64,000 nt of DNA from Anaeramoeba ignava BMAN (GCA_028826165.1 JAPDFW010000127.1:1-64000), one strand, 5' to 3'; numbered from the stretch's first letter, positions 27,264 through 45,816 are shown. Notes: a model not told the origin generated them from the letters alone. Program-made: numbers and translations.

Positions 27264-29022
27264 TTATTTCCTTTTTCTCTTTATTTTTTGATTATTAAAT
27301 TTTTTAATTAATAAATCTAATAAATTTGGATTTGTTTGATTTAATTGAAAATAATCAATTCCTCTTTTAAGTTCATTGATTATTTCTTGTGTAATTTGAA
27401 TTCTTTTTTTAATTTGATTTGAATAAATCCAATATTCAAAAATTTGGAATGATTTATTACTTAATTCACTATAATCTGTAACTTTATTGGATTTATCATT
27501 TGTTACAGATAAAAACATTCCTCGATATAATTCACTTCTCATTATTAATATTAATTTGGGAAATTTAATTTGATTTTCTTTTCTTTCAATTATAAAATCT
27601 TTTTCATTTTCATTTAAATAAATGCTTTTCATTGTTTCATTTATTCGTTCTTCATTTATAATTTCTTTAATTTCAGAATATAATTTTGAGTTTATGATTA
27701 TGTTTGAATAAATCATTTCAAATATTTGATTTGATTCTTGAACTGATTTTTTTGAAATAATTTTTTGAAGTTTTTCAATTTTGATTTTGATCTTTTAATC
27801 TATATTTCAATATTAATTTATGAGCTTCAATTATTTCTTCATTTTGAGCTTTAAATGAAATATCACAAAATTCTTTTCTTCTAAATAGTTTTATCAAATC
27901 TTCTTCAAGATTGGAAAAAGAAGGAGAAGAATAATAAAGAAATGAATTGTGAAATCCACAACAAATATGATAATTAGAAATATTAGACGATATTTCTGGA
28001 ATTTTAATCTGAATTGGTTTTGGTTGATCTCTTGTATTTCCAATTCCTAGCTGGCCATGACTATTCCATCCGAATCCGATGAGCTTTCCGTTTGCGGTTA
28101 AAACCAAAGTATGATTCCATCCAACAGAAAAATCAAGAATATTATCATTTTTAAATAGAGGTGATTTGATTCCAGTAAATTCAGAAGTATTTTTCTTTTT
28201 GCCTAGACCTGTATATTCATAATTCCCGCATGAATAAAGTTTTCTCGTTCCTTTTTGCTCGATTAACATGATTGTGTGATAAAATCCTGATTGAATATCG
28301 ATTATTTTGCCTTTTGGGATATTTTGTATTTTGGTTAATTTTTTAACTTCTTTTTCTTTAATTTTGCCCAATCCAAGTTGGCTATAATCGTTATTTCCGC
28401 AAACAAATAATTCTTGATTTGAATTGAGAAGAAAAACATGATTTGCAAATTTCCCTGAAAATATTTTAGAAACATTTTTCATCATTAAAATTGGATTATT
28501 AAAAACTTGTTGAGAATCAAAACCAATTTGACCGAAAATATTTGAACCAATTCCATAAGCATTTTGATTTGAAGTTAGTAAATAAATTGAAATTTGACCG
28601 CAAACAATGTCTTGAATTATTATCTCATTTGGGTCTTCGATTGAATCTGATAAATTATTAAAAATATCGGGATTTTTTGTATTGACATATTTTCCTTTTG
28701 CAAATGCTTTTCCTTCTTTTGTTAAAATTGCTAAATGAAAAGCGCCAACCGACACTTTTTGGATATTTTCAATTTCGATTTTTTGAGGTTTTGGTAAATT
28801 TTGTGAATATTCTATTGCTTGATAATTTTGTTCATGAATTATTATTACAAAATTCGTGATTATTATTTTCTCAATTTCAGTTGTTTGATGGAAATTATTT
28901 AACTGAATTGGTTTGATTATATTTGGATGATAATCGTATATCATCATAAATGCAAAATTATTTTCTCCAAAAAACCAAATATCATTATTTTGTTTTTTAT
29001 TTTGTTTTTGATAATTTTGCAT
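27264..29022 (-). CDS. RCC1-BTB protein, paralogue 3 (frameshift ~27778)
   Basis: Same architecture; an extra A in CAAAATTGAAAA. Confidence 0.85.
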
Positions 29023-29161
29023 TTTAGATCAATTTAAAATTTTAAATTAAAAAAAAAAGAAAAAATAAAAAATAAAAAAATTAATTACGTTTCAATTAAA
29101 ATTTTTTTTTTATTGATCATTTTTTCATTTTTTTCTTCTTTTCTTTTTCTTTAATTTGCAA

Positions 29162-30707
29162 ATGTTTTCACAATTTATTCTTTTATTATCTTTATTCAGT
29201 TTAATTTTTTCTTGCAGGTTTTTAATTTATTTTTAATTTGTTTTTAATTTGTTTTTTGATTAATTCAAAAAAAACAAAAACAAAAACCAAAAAAAAGCAA
29301 AAAAAAAAAAAAATTTAAATAAAAAAAAAATAATAATAAATTTATAAATAAATAGTGAATATTCTTCATGTACATCATGTGTTGATGACTGGGACTGTTA
29401 TTGGTGTGAAGATGATGATTCTTGTTACGGTTCCACGTAAAATAAAAAAAACAAAATAATTAAAAAAATTTATTTAATAATTTAAAAAAATTAATTAACA
29501 AAATAATTTAATAAAAATAACAAAATAATTTCAGTTACTATTATTCGTGCAGTAATTGGGATTATTCAAGGAGTGATTGTCCTGGTTATGTTGGAATGGT
29601 AATCAATTAAAATTAAAATTAAAATTAAATTAAAAATTAAAATTAAAATTAAAATCAAAATCAAAATTAAAATTAAAATCAAAATCAAAATTAAAATTTA
29701 AAATTAAAATCAAAATTTAAAATTAAAATTAAAATTAAAATTAAAATTAAAATCAAAATTAAAATTAAAATTAAAATCAAAATTAAAATCAAAATTAAAA
29801 TCAAAATTAAAATTAAAATCAAAATTAAAATTAAAATTAAAATTAAAATTAAAATTAAAATTAAAATTAAAATTAAAATTAAAATTCAAAAATCAAAATC
29901 AAAATCAAAATCAAAATCAAAATTAAAATCAAAATCAAAAATTAAAATTAAAATTAAAATCAAAATTAAAATTAAAATTAAAATCAAAATTAAAATTAAA
30001 ATCAAAATCAAAATTAAAATCAAAATTAAAATTAAAATTAAAATTAAAATCAAAATCAAAATTAAAATTAAAATTAAAATTAATATTTAAAATTAAAATT
30101 TAAATTAAAATTAAAATTAAAATTAAAATCAAAATTAAAATCAAAATTAAAATCAAAATAAAAATTAAAATTAAAATTAAAATTAAAATTAAAATTAAAA
30201 TTAAAATCAAAATCAAAATCAAAAATCAAAATTAAAATCAAAATCAAAATTAAAATCAAAAAATTGGTTCTTTTTAATTTTAGGTTGTTGGATCTGTTAT
30301 TGCATCAATCGTTTTTATTCTTCTTGTAGTTTGGTGTTGTGTTTGGTATAGCAGAAGAGTAAATAATCCAAAAAGCAACAAAGAAAATTTTAAATTCAAA
30401 TCAAAATGAATTTTAATTTTAATTTTAATTTTAATTTTGATTTAAACAGCAAAGAAGAATTAGAGTTTATGTTTCTCAAACAAGTGATATTAAACAACCA
30501 TTAGCAAAAGAAGAACCAAATCAAACAGGATTCAATATGCCAAATCAAAATTATCAACCAATGTATCAACCAAATGTTCAACCAACTTTCCAACCAAATT
30601 ATCAATATAATACTCAACCTAATTTTCAACCTAATTATCAACCTAATTTTCAACCTAATTATCAACCTAATGTTTTTTCTCCAAATTTAAATTCTCAAAA
30701 TAATTGA
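29162..30707 (+). CDS. Small type-I membrane protein: signal peptide, PSI-like Cys domain, TM helix, QPNF/Y-rich tail (5 exons; missed by the ORF track)
   Basis: Spliced reading: MFSQFILLLSLFSLIFSCS|EYSSCTSCVDDWDCYWCEDDDSCYGST|YYYSCSNWDYSRSDCPGYVGM|VVGSVIASIVFILLVVWCCVWYSRR|QRRIR..QPNFQPNY..*; all junctions GT-AG and in phase. Confidence 0.85.
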
Positions 30708-30954
30708 TCAAAACTTTTTTTACTCAAAATTTTTACTCAAAATTTTTCCATTTTCTTTTTCCATTTTTTCTTTCAAATTCCTTTTTATTTTCTTTTTCCA
30801 TTTCATTTTGGATTAAATTGATTTCAATCTTTTTTTTAATTTTAATTTTTTAATTTAAAAAAAACAAGAAAAAATAAAAAAAAATTTAATTACGTTTTAA
30901 ATTAAAAATTTTTTTTTGTTGATCATTTTTTTCATTTTTTTCATTTATTTGGAA

Positions 30955-32244
30955 ATGCTTTTACAATTTATTCTTTTATTATCTTTATTCAGTTTAATTT
31001 TTACTTGCAGGTTTTTAATTTATTTTTAATTTGTTTTTAATTTGTTTTTAATTTATTTTTGATTAATTCAAAAAAAAAAGCAAAAATTGATTTAAAAAAT
31101 TAATTGAAAATAAAAAATAAATAATAAATTTACAAATAAATAGTCAATATTCTTCATGTACATCATGTGTTGGTGACGTGAGTTGTTATTGGTGTGAAGA
31201 TGATGATACTTGTTATAATTCAGAGTAAAATCCAATTAATTTAAAATCCAATTAATTTAAAATCCAATTAATTTAAAAAATTTATTTAATTTAAAAAATT
31301 TAGTTGGGAATATTCATGTAGTAATTGGGATTATTCAAAAGGAGGTTGTCCTGGTTATATTGCAACTGTAATTCAAATTAAAATTAAAATCAAAATTAAA
31401 ATCAAAATTAAAATCAAAATTAAAAATTAAAATTAAAATTAAAATTAAAATCAAAATTAATTTTAAAATTAATTTTAGGTTGTTGGATCAGTTATTGGAA
31501 CAATTGTTGTTGTTACAATAATAATTTGGTGTTGTATATTTTGCACCAGAAGAGTAAAAATCAAAATTAAAATTGAAATTAAAATTAAAATTAAAATTAA
31601 AATTAAAATTAAAATTAAAATCAAAATTGAAATTAAAATTCAAATAAAAATTAAAATTGAAATTAAAATTAAAATTCAAATTAAAATTAAAATTAAAATT
31701 CAAATTAAAATTAAAATTAAAATTAAAATTAAAATTAAAATCAAAAATAAAATCAAAATTAAAATTCAAAAATCAAAATCAAAATCAAAATCAAAATTAA
31801 AATCAAAATCAAAATTATTAGCAAAGAAGACTTCGAATGTATGCATTGAACAAAAACAGCCTAGAAAAAACACCATTAGCACAACAAGATAGAATAAATC
31901 AAACACCATATATTCCAATTCAACCAAATTATCAATCAAATTATCAATCAAATTTGGATTCAAATTTCCAACCTAATTTCCAACCTAATTTCCAACCAAA
32001 TTATCAACCAAATTTCCAACCAAATTTCCAACCAAATTTTCAACCAAATTTCCAACCTAATTTCCAACCAATTTATGAACCAAATCAATTAAATCAACCA
32101 AATCAACCAATTTATGAACCAAATCAATTAAATCAACCAAATCAACCAATTTATGAACAAAATCAATTAAATCAACCAAATCAACCAATTTATGAAGGTC
32201 CTTATAATCCTTTTAAACCAAATGAAGATTCTCAAAAAAATTAA
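30955..32244 (+). CDS. Tandem paralogue of the PSI-like membrane protein
   Basis: Same 5-exon layout (QYSSCTSCVGDVSCYWCEDDDTCYNSE; WEYSCSNWDYSKGGCPG; TM segment; QPNF and QPIYEPN repeats). Confidence 0.82.
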
Positions 32245-32588
32245 ACATTTTCTTTTAAATTTTTTCATTTTCTTTTGAATTTTTTGATTGAATTTTTTTT
32301 GAATTTTTTGAATTTAGTTTCTTTTCTTAATAAAAAAAAAATTCCAGTTTTTAAAATGAAAAAAAATTTTTATCCGAATTCTAATTTTGTTTTAAAAAAA
32401 GAAAAGAAAAGAAAAAGAAAAGAAAAGAAAAGGAATGATTGATTTTTGATTTTTGATTTTTGATTTTTGATTTTTGATTGATTTTTGATTTTTGATTTTT
32501 GATTGATTTTGATTTTTGATTTTTGATTGAATTTTGATTTTTGATTGAATTTTTCAATTAAAAAAATTAAAAAAGAAATTTAATTGAA

Positions 32589-37146
<4,558 letters not shown>

Positions 37147-37286
37147 TTAAAATTATAAAAATTATAAAATTAAAAATTATTTTAATTTAATTTTTGATAT
37201 TTCAATTTTTTTGAAAAGAAAAAAATGAAAAAAAAAATTTGAAAAAAAAAAAAATTTTTTTTCTTGTTTTGTTTTAGTTTTCTTTC

Positions 37287-38149
37287 TCATTTTAAAGTAA
37301 TTTTTGTTGAAATATCCTTATCTAATTTTGTTAGATATTGTAAACGAATAATATTTTTTTTAGCTTGATTAAAATTTTTTTGATTAAAATTTTGAATCAA
37401 ATTTTGTTCCACTTTTTTAATTTCAAGAGAATTTTCATCTTTGATTTTTTTCAATTCTTCTTGGCTCGTCATATTTTCAATTTCCTCTCTTTTCTCCATA
37501 ATTTCCATTAGCAAAGCTGGGTCTTTCTCTGTGTATTCATCGAAATTAAAGCCATTAAGATGAAGTAAATATCTTGCTCTCAAATTAAAATTTTTCAAAA
37601 TATAATAAGCTTGATTAATTCTAGAAGAATGCTCAGATGAATATTCTTGTTCTTGAGATGATTTTGAAAAGAATTTATCGGGATGAAGCATCTTTTGTAG
37701 TTCCTCATATTTATCTTCAAGTTGTTTTAAATCAATATCAATTTTTTTTTCTAATCCAAAAATTTCAAAATGATCTTGTTTAAACGGTTCTTGTAATTTA
37801 TAACATTTTTGACAAAATAATGTATTGTGATCCTTTCTGTATTTACAATTCCAACAACAATTATCTGACTCACAACATGGTTTTGTTGGGCAATCTTCGC
37901 ATTTATTTGGATCTAAAAATTTCTTTTTGATATTTTAAATGTTCTTTTTAAAATTTTAACTTGTTTTTTTATTATTGAATTTTCTTCATTTATTTCTATT
38001 TTTTTATTTATTTTCTTATTTGTATTGTTTTGTATTGTAAATGCTATTGTTTTAATTGCAGTTTTTGATAAATGATTTTGTAAATGTTTAAATGTTGAAT
38101 TTTGAATATTTGAAAATTTATTCAAAGAATTAAAAGGAATCATCATCAT
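37287..38149 (-). CDS. hscB: HscB/Hsc20/Jac1 J-domain co-chaperone of ISC Fe-S assembly, with presequence and Cys-rich N-terminal domain (frameshift ~37918)
   Basis: CWNC..FCQKC, DHFEIFGL, LQKMLHPDKF, SSRINQAYYIL..RARYLL, LLMEIMEKRE. Confidence 0.9.
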
Positions 38150-38257
38150 TTTTTTGTTTTTAAATTGAAAAAAAAAAATGAAAAAAAAAATTTAAAAAAA
38201 AAATAAATTTTTTTAACTAAAAAAAATAAACAAAAAAACAAAATAAATTCTTTTTCT

Positions 38258-40043
38258 TTAACAACAATTTTCTTTCTTTTTTTCTTTTTCATTATTTTGT
38301 ACAATTTGAAAATGAATTTCTTGTTCTTTTTGATTTAAATTTTCATTAGATAATCTAAAATTAAAATTTAAAATTAAAATTAAAATTCAAATTAAAATTA
38401 AAATTAAAATTTAAATTAAAATTTACTTATTAAATTGTTCAAAACCAAGAAGTTCAAAAGCTTCTTTAATATTTTCTCCAGTTTTTGCACTTACTTCAAT
38501 AAATCCACTATTATAAGAATCAGCTAAATCCTTTTTAAAACAAAAAAATAATAATCAAAATTTTAAAATTAAAATTAAAATCGGATAAAAATTTTTGTTT
38601 AATTTACTTTTCCTTGTTGATATGTAATAACTCTATGTTTTTCTTGATCTTTTTTATTTCCTACTAATAATTTAGATATTTCTTTTGGTGCATATGTTTC
38701 AGCTTCATTAAACCAATATACTACTTGTTCAAAACTTTTTTCATTTGTTATATCATAAACAATCATAATAGCATGACTTCCTCTATAATATGAATTAATA
38801 ATAGTTCTAAATTGTTCTTGACCTAATTTTATTTCAATTTATTATATTTATAAATTAATTTTATATTTTGATTTTAAAAATTGAAGTTGTAATCTTCTTT
38901 GCTTTAAATTTAAAAAAGTTTTCAAAATTTAAAATAAATCAAATTTACCTGCTGTATCCCACTAAATAAAATTAAAATTAAAATTAGAATTAAAATTAAA
39001 ATTAAAATTAAAATTAAAATTAAAATTAAAATTAAAATTAAAATTAAAATTAAAATTAAAATTAGAATTAAAATTAAAATTAAAATTAGAATTAAAATTA
39101 AAATTAGAATTAAAATTAGAATTAAAATTAAAATTAAAATCAAAATTAAAATTATAATTAAAATTAAAATTAAAATTAAAATTAAAATTAGAATTAGAAT
39201 TAGAATTAAAATTAGAATTATAATTAAAATTAAAATTAAAATTAAAATTAGAATTAAAATTAGAATTAGAATTAAAATTAAAATTAGAATTATAATTATA
39301 ATTAGAATTAGAATTATAATTAGAATTAGAATTAGAATTAAAATTAAAATTAAAATTAGAATTAGAATTAAAATTAAAATTAAAATTAAAATTAAAATTA
39401 AAATTAAAATTAAAATCAAAATTATAATTAAAATTAAAATTAAAATTAAAATTAAAATTAAAATTAAAATTAAAATTAAAATTAAAATTAGAATTAAAAT
39501 TAGAATTATAATTAAATTAAAATTAAAATTAGAATTAAAATTAGAATTAAAATTAGAATTAGAATTAAAATTAAAATTAAAATCAAAATTAAAATTAAAA
39601 TTAAAATTAAAATTAAAATTAAAATTAAAATTAGAATTAGAATTAAAATTTAAATTAAAATTAGAATTAAAATAAAAATTAGAATTAAAATTAGAATTAA
39701 AATCAAAAATAAAATTAAAAATAAAATTAAAATTAAAATTAAAATTAAAATTAAAATTAAAATTAAAATTAGAATTAGAATTAGAATTAAATTAGAATTA
39801 AAATTAAAATTAAAATTAATATTAAAATTAATATTAAAATTAAACAAAACAAACAATTTGTAAACCAAAATGTCTTCCATTTTTTTGAACAGAAACATAT
39901 CTAAAATCAACACCAACTGTAGCTTCAACAGAATCAATAAATTTATTATCACAATAACGAATCATAATACTACTTTTTCCAGTCATACTATCTCCAATAA
40001 TTAATTGTTTAATAATAAATGTACTAACAGAATTATTATTCAT
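38258..40043 (-). CDS. Rab-family small GTPase (5 exons, including a 13-nt exon at 38961-38949 that carries the WDTA(G) motif)
   Basis: IGDSMTGKS, TVGVDF, WDTAGQEQF, YYRG, GNKKD, EVSAK, C-terminal CC. Confidence 0.93.
38970..39840. repeat. Intronic (AATTAA/AATTAG)n hexamer satellite
   Basis: Fills Rab intron 1. Confidence 0.93.
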
Positions 40044-40153
40044 TTTTTTAAAAAGAAAAAAGAAAAAAAGAAAAATGAAAAAAAAATATTTTTGAAATTT
40101 TTTAATTTCATTTTTTTCCCATTTTTATTCCCTTTTTTTTTATTAAGAATTAA

Positions 40154-41604
40154 ATGACTACTTCAATTATTCAAGTTGATGATGGTTCAATTCCTGGAAA
40201 AACTCAACAAGAAAAAAAAGCAAATTATCAATATTGGTCTCAATTTAATCTTGAAAAATATTATCAAAAAATTAAACCTTTTACTTTTTATACTGAATTT
40301 ATTCCTCTTAAAAAATTTCAAATTGAAATTCTTTTAAAAACTTTAACAGATAAAAAAATCAATCAAAATGAACAAATTATTATTGATAAAATTTATCAAG
40401 ATTTAAAACAATCAATTTCTAATGTTAAAAAAATTTGTAATTGTGATAAAGTTTTTGCTAAATTATCAACTAGAAGTCCTAAAGATGCTGTTGATAAAAT
40501 TCAATCAAAAATCATTTCAAATCTTAAAAAAGAAAAGGAAAAAGAAAATAAACATCAAATCCAAATCCAAAATCAAAATGAAAATCAAATTCAATTTGAA
40601 ATTCAGATTCCAAATCAAAATCAAAATCAAAATCAAAATCAAAATCAAAATTTAAATGATGATTTAAATCTAAAATTAGTTCAAATAAGAAAAGCATTTT
40701 TTCAAACAATGGCTTTTGATTCTGTTGAAGAAGTGATGGAATTTTTCAAATGGTCTTTTAGAATAATTTCAGATTTAAGAAGATTTATTGAATTTCAAGA
40801 TGAAAGTTTAAATGAAAATCAAAATCAAAATCAAAATCAAAATCAAAATGAAAATGAAAATGAAAATGAAAATGAAAATGAAAATCAAAATCAAAATCAA
40901 AATCAAAATCAAAATCAAAATCAAAATCAAAATCAAAATCAAAATCAAAATCAAAATGAAAATGAAAATGAAAATCAAAATCAAAATCAAAATCAAAATG
41001 AAAATCAAAATCAAAATCAAAATCAAAATCAAAATCAAAATCAAATTGAAAATCAAAATCAAAATCAAAATCAAAATAATTTAGAATTTGATGACTCTTT
41101 ACAAATTGTAATTCGAGAATTTGTTGATTTCTCAATTTCAAATGAATTTAGAGGATTTGTTTATCAAGGAAAATTAAATGCAATATCTCAATATTATTCT
41201 CATTGTTTCTTTCAAGATCTTGTTCAAAACAAAGAATCAATCCAAAAACTTATTTTAAATTTTTTTGAATCAATAAATGAAACAATAGAAAAGAAATGTG
41301 GATTTAAAAATTATATTATTGATTTTGTTGTTCTGAATAATTTAGATGTGAAAATTATTGAACTTAATCCATTTTGTGAACAAACTGGAAGTGCTCTTTT
41401 TTCATGGAATATTGATAAAAATATTATTGAAAATGGTCCATTTACTTTTAGAATTAGAGAAAACAAAGAAGATGATAAAATTATTCAAGCAATTTTAAAT
41501 CAATGGAAAGAAATTATTGAAAAAAAGAAAAAAAAGAAGAAAAAGATCAAAAAGAAGAAGAAAAAAATTTAAAGAAAAAAGATTCAAAATGTTTTTTAAT
41601 GTGA
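40154..41604 (+). CDS. Cdc123/R2K-family ATP-grasp protein with N/Q inserts; probable true C-terminus ..KKDSKCFLM*
   Basis: VFAKLSTRSPKDA, EFRGFV, AISQY, IIDF, IIELNPF..GSALFSW. Confidence 0.85.
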
Positions 41605-41860
41605 AGAAAAAAACACTTTCTTTTTTCAATAAATAAAAAATAAAAAATAAAAAGAGAAAATTCTATTTTTATTCCACTTTTTATTTTTAATTTTAATTTT
41701 AGAATAAATTTTGAATTGATAAATAATTAAAATTATAATTTGATTATTATTAAAAAAAAAAGCAAAAACAAAAAGGAGAAAAATTAATTAAAAAAATTTT
41801 TTTTCATTTTTTAATTTTTCATTTTTTTTTCCTCATTTTTTTTTTCACACTTTTTCTTTC

Positions 41861-44240
41861 ATGTCAAAACAAACAAATAATAAAATTGAAGAATCACAAC
41901 AAAAATTATCAACATCACCCAATTTTTTATCATATATAACAACACAAAACCCACAAACATACATTCCTAATAATATGAATAATAATAGAATGTTTCAATC
42001 AAAAACCACAATGTTTCGACCTTTAAGTAATTCAACAGCATATTCTCCACCAAATCAAAGTATAAGTCCAAATCAAAACCACATAGATCAAGTTCCTTTT
42101 GTTTTTTCAAATCCTGATCAAAACCAATTTGCTAATTCAAATCCTTTATATCAATCAGCTTTGGATAATTTTAGAAGTTTAAATCTTGATCCTTCAAAAC
42201 AAAATTCAATTAAAAAAGAAAATCGAGAACAATATAATTATGGTATTATTTTAATAAATTTTAAGAGGAGAATAAAAACAAAAAAAATTTGGAATTAAAA
42301 ATAAATTAATTTAAAAAATTTAATTTAAAAAATTTATTTTAATAAAAAAAAGAAGCAAATCCAACAAAATCTCCAAAACATACAATATTTCAACCTCCTT
42401 CTCCAATAGATTTACTTATTGATGATAAAGAAGAAACAAATCCACAAAATAATCTTCAAGAAAATTTACAAAAAACTCAAAATAATCAAAATTTACCAAA
42501 TAATTCAATGAATCAAATGAATTCTTTCAATCAAAATGGATTTAATCCAAATGAAACAAACATATATCCTCAAAGAAATGGAATTGATAAAACATCACAA
42601 GAAAAACAACAATATAATTTTCAATCTCCAGATTTTTTATTACAAAGAAATACAAAATTTAATTTTGATCCAAATCAATTCCCAAAATTACCTCAAAATT
42701 TTATGTCACTTTCACTTGATCAGAACAAATATAATAATAATCTTAATATAAATCGAACACCTTATGGTGTTTCTAATGCTTATGTTAATCCAAATTTTCC
42801 TAAATATTCTTCTTTTGAGTTTGAAATGTTACAATTTGATAGACAAAATTATCCCTATTTCCAACAAAATCAACAAAATAATCAACAAAATAATTTACCT
42901 GAAGAAAATATTGATGATTATAATCCAAGAATGCGTTCTGGTCATAGGCGAGCACTTTCATATGATGTAGATTAAAATTTATTTATAAATTTAAAATTAA
43001 AATTCATTTATAAAATTAAAATTAAAATTTATTTATTAAATTAAAATTAAAATTTATTTATTAAATTAAAATTTATTTATTAAATTAATAAATAAAAAAG
43101 CCACCACATAGTTATTCCAATTTTCAAAACACTATGAATGTATACCCAAACTATCAAATAAATCAACAACAATATTACAAACAACAAGAAATGGGAAACG
43201 AACCAGTAAATAGAATGTATCTAATAAGTCGAGATCAACAACAATGCAGACTATTGCAAAAACAAATTGAAGAGACAAAAGACAAGCAGTTAATAACAGC
43301 AGTATTAGGAGGAATATATCCTTATTTAAGCGAGCTTATCATTGACCCATATGCAAGTCACCTGTGTCAAAAGGTGATGGAATATTGCACAACAGAAGAA
43401 AGTCTAATGCTGATCCACAAGATCGCACCAGATCTCTCCACAATATCAGTGGATATGTACGGAACAAGAGCGATCCAAAAATTGATTGATTCACTCACAA
43501 CTCCTCAACAAATTGATTACTTTGTAAATGCAATATCTCCTCATATTGCAGATCTCGCAAATAATCCAAATGGAAATCATGTGATCCAAAAATGTTTGAC
43601 TAAATTCACATCCGAATCAAATGCACCAATCTTCCAAGAAGTGGCAAATAATTGCATTCACATTTCAAAAACACAAGCACGGTTGCTGCGTAATGCAGAG
43701 ATGTATGATTTCTCAAGCGGAATACAAAAGATCACAATTAATTTCATCAATTGTCGAAAATTCAGTGAATTGATGCAAGATCCTTTTGCAAACTACGTGA
43801 TTCAATACATTCTTGATCTTGATTCAATGCCTATCGAATTTGTTGAGAAAGTTCGAGATAATATTTTCGATCTTTCAATGCAGAAATTTTCTTCAAATGT
43901 TGTTGAAAAATGTCTTCGTTCAAAAAATACTCAAATGAAGGATGAATTATTAAATGAATTGATTCGAAATCAAGATAAAATCTCACAACTTCTAACTGAT
44001 CCTTATGGAAACTATGTTGTTCAAACTGCTCTTAAAGTTGCCGAAAAAGAAAAGCATAAACAACTTTCTGAAGTTATTAAACCTCATTTACAATTAGTTA
44101 GAAATTTACCTTATGGAAAGAAAATCCAAAATATGATATTTCCAAATAATGATAAAAATAGAAATGGAAATACTCCAACTCATTCTCGAAATAATAGTTT
44201 TGGTCACAGAAGAAAGAAAAGTGGTTCTCAACGCAAATAA
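41861..44240 (+). CDS. Pumilio/Puf RNA-binding protein (Puf4/5-like); exons 41861-42242, 42353-42966, 43101-44240
   Basis: DQQQCRLLQK, GTRAIQK, NGNHVIQKCL, ANYVIQY, SSNVVEKCL, GNYVVQTAL; repeat 5 (HKHGCCVMQRC) reads in an alternate frame at ~43670-43750. Confidence 0.92.
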
Positions 44241-44539
44241 TTTTTATCCAAGTATTTTAATTTTTAATTCAAAAATTTTTTAATTTTAATTTATTTAAAA
44301 TTTATTTAAAATTTAATTTAGGATTTTCTCCTTTAATTATTTCTTCCTTTTCCTTTCTCTCTCTCTTTTTTTCTTTTGGGTTTCACTTCTGTTGAATTTT
44401 TTTTTTGGAAATTTTAATACAAAAAAAGAAAACAGTTTGTGAATAATTAAAACAATTTTTTTCTTTGGATTTGATTTGATTTGATTTGATTTGAGTAAAA
44501 TGAAAAATTTGAACAACAAAACAATTTTCTCAATTTTTG

Positions 44540-45700
44540 GATTTTAAAAAAGATTTTATTATTATTTTACAATAAAATTAATTAAGAAATAATTTTAAAA
44601 AAGAATTTATTATTAATATTAAATTATTATTATTAAAAATAAAGAAATAAAATTATTAAAATATTTTATTTATTATTTTATTTAATTTTTAATTACAATT
44701 TATTTATTATTTTACAATAAAATTAATTAAGAAATAATTTTAAAAAAGAATTTATTATTAATATTAAATTATTATTATTAAAAATAAAGAAATAAAATAA
44801 TTAAAATATTTTATTTATTATTTTATTTAATTTTTAATTATAATTTATTTATTATTTTGCAATAAAATTAATTAAAAATAATTTTAAAATTTATTATTAT
44901 TAAAATAATTAAAATATTTTATTTATTATTTTATTTAATTTTTAATAACAATTTATTTATTATTTTACAATAAAATTAATTAAGAAATAATTTTAAAAAG
45001 AATTTATTATTAATATTAAACTATTATTATTAAAAATAAAGAAATAAAATTAATTAAAAATATTTTTATTTATTATTTTATTTAATTTTTAATTACAATT
45101 TATTTATTATTTTGCAATAAAATTAATTAAAAATAATTTTAAAAAGAATTTATTATTAATATTAATTCAAAACTATTAAAATAATTAAAATATTTTATTT
45201 ATTATTTTATTTAATTTTTAATTACAATTTATTATTTTACAATAAAATTAATTAAGAAATAATTTTTAAAAAGAATTTATTATTAATATTAAATTAAAAT
45301 TATTAAAAATAAAGAAATAAAATTATTAAAATAATTTATTATTTTAATTTTTTAAAAATTATTATTTAAAAAAGAATTTATTTATTAATATTAAATTAAA
45401 ATTATTAAAATATTTTATTTATTATTTTATTTAATTTTAATTATAATTTATTATTTTGCAATAAAATTAATTAAGAAATAATTTCAAAAAGAATTTATTA
45501 TTAATATTAAATTATTATTATTAAAAATAAAGAAATAAAATTATTAAAATATTTTATTTATTATTTTATTTAATTTTTAATTACAATTTATTTATTATTT
45601 TGCAATAAAATTAATTAAGAAATAATTTTAAAAAAGAATTTATTATTAATATTAATTCAAAATTATTAAAAATAAAGAAATAAAATTATTAAAATATTTT
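44540..45700. repeat. AT-rich tandem repeat, unit roughly 130-150 bp, upstream of kinase gene A
   Basis: Recurring ACAATAAAATTAATTAAGAAATAATTTTAAAAAAGAATTTATTATTAATATTAA; related units occur at ~55270-55450 and ~59950-60130. Confidence 0.85.
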
Positions 45701-45816
45701 AAAAAAAAAAAAGGAAAAAAGCAAAAAAATTTTTTTTATTGAATTTAAAAAGAAAAAGAGAATAAAAATAAAAAAAATTTAATTTATTTTTAATTTCATT
45801 TTTTTATTTTTTAAAC

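Noticed and set aside
21395-27780. Frameshifts near the RCC1/BTB junction in all three paralogues, as programmed frameshifting
   Set aside because: They fall at different positions, two in homopolymers, and similar slips hit conserved genes (ATG18, hscB, Puf), so sequencing error is more likely.
43665-43760. Apparently aberrant Puf repeat 5
   Set aside because: The canonical HKHGCCVMQRC is present in another frame; compensating indel errors are the likely cause.
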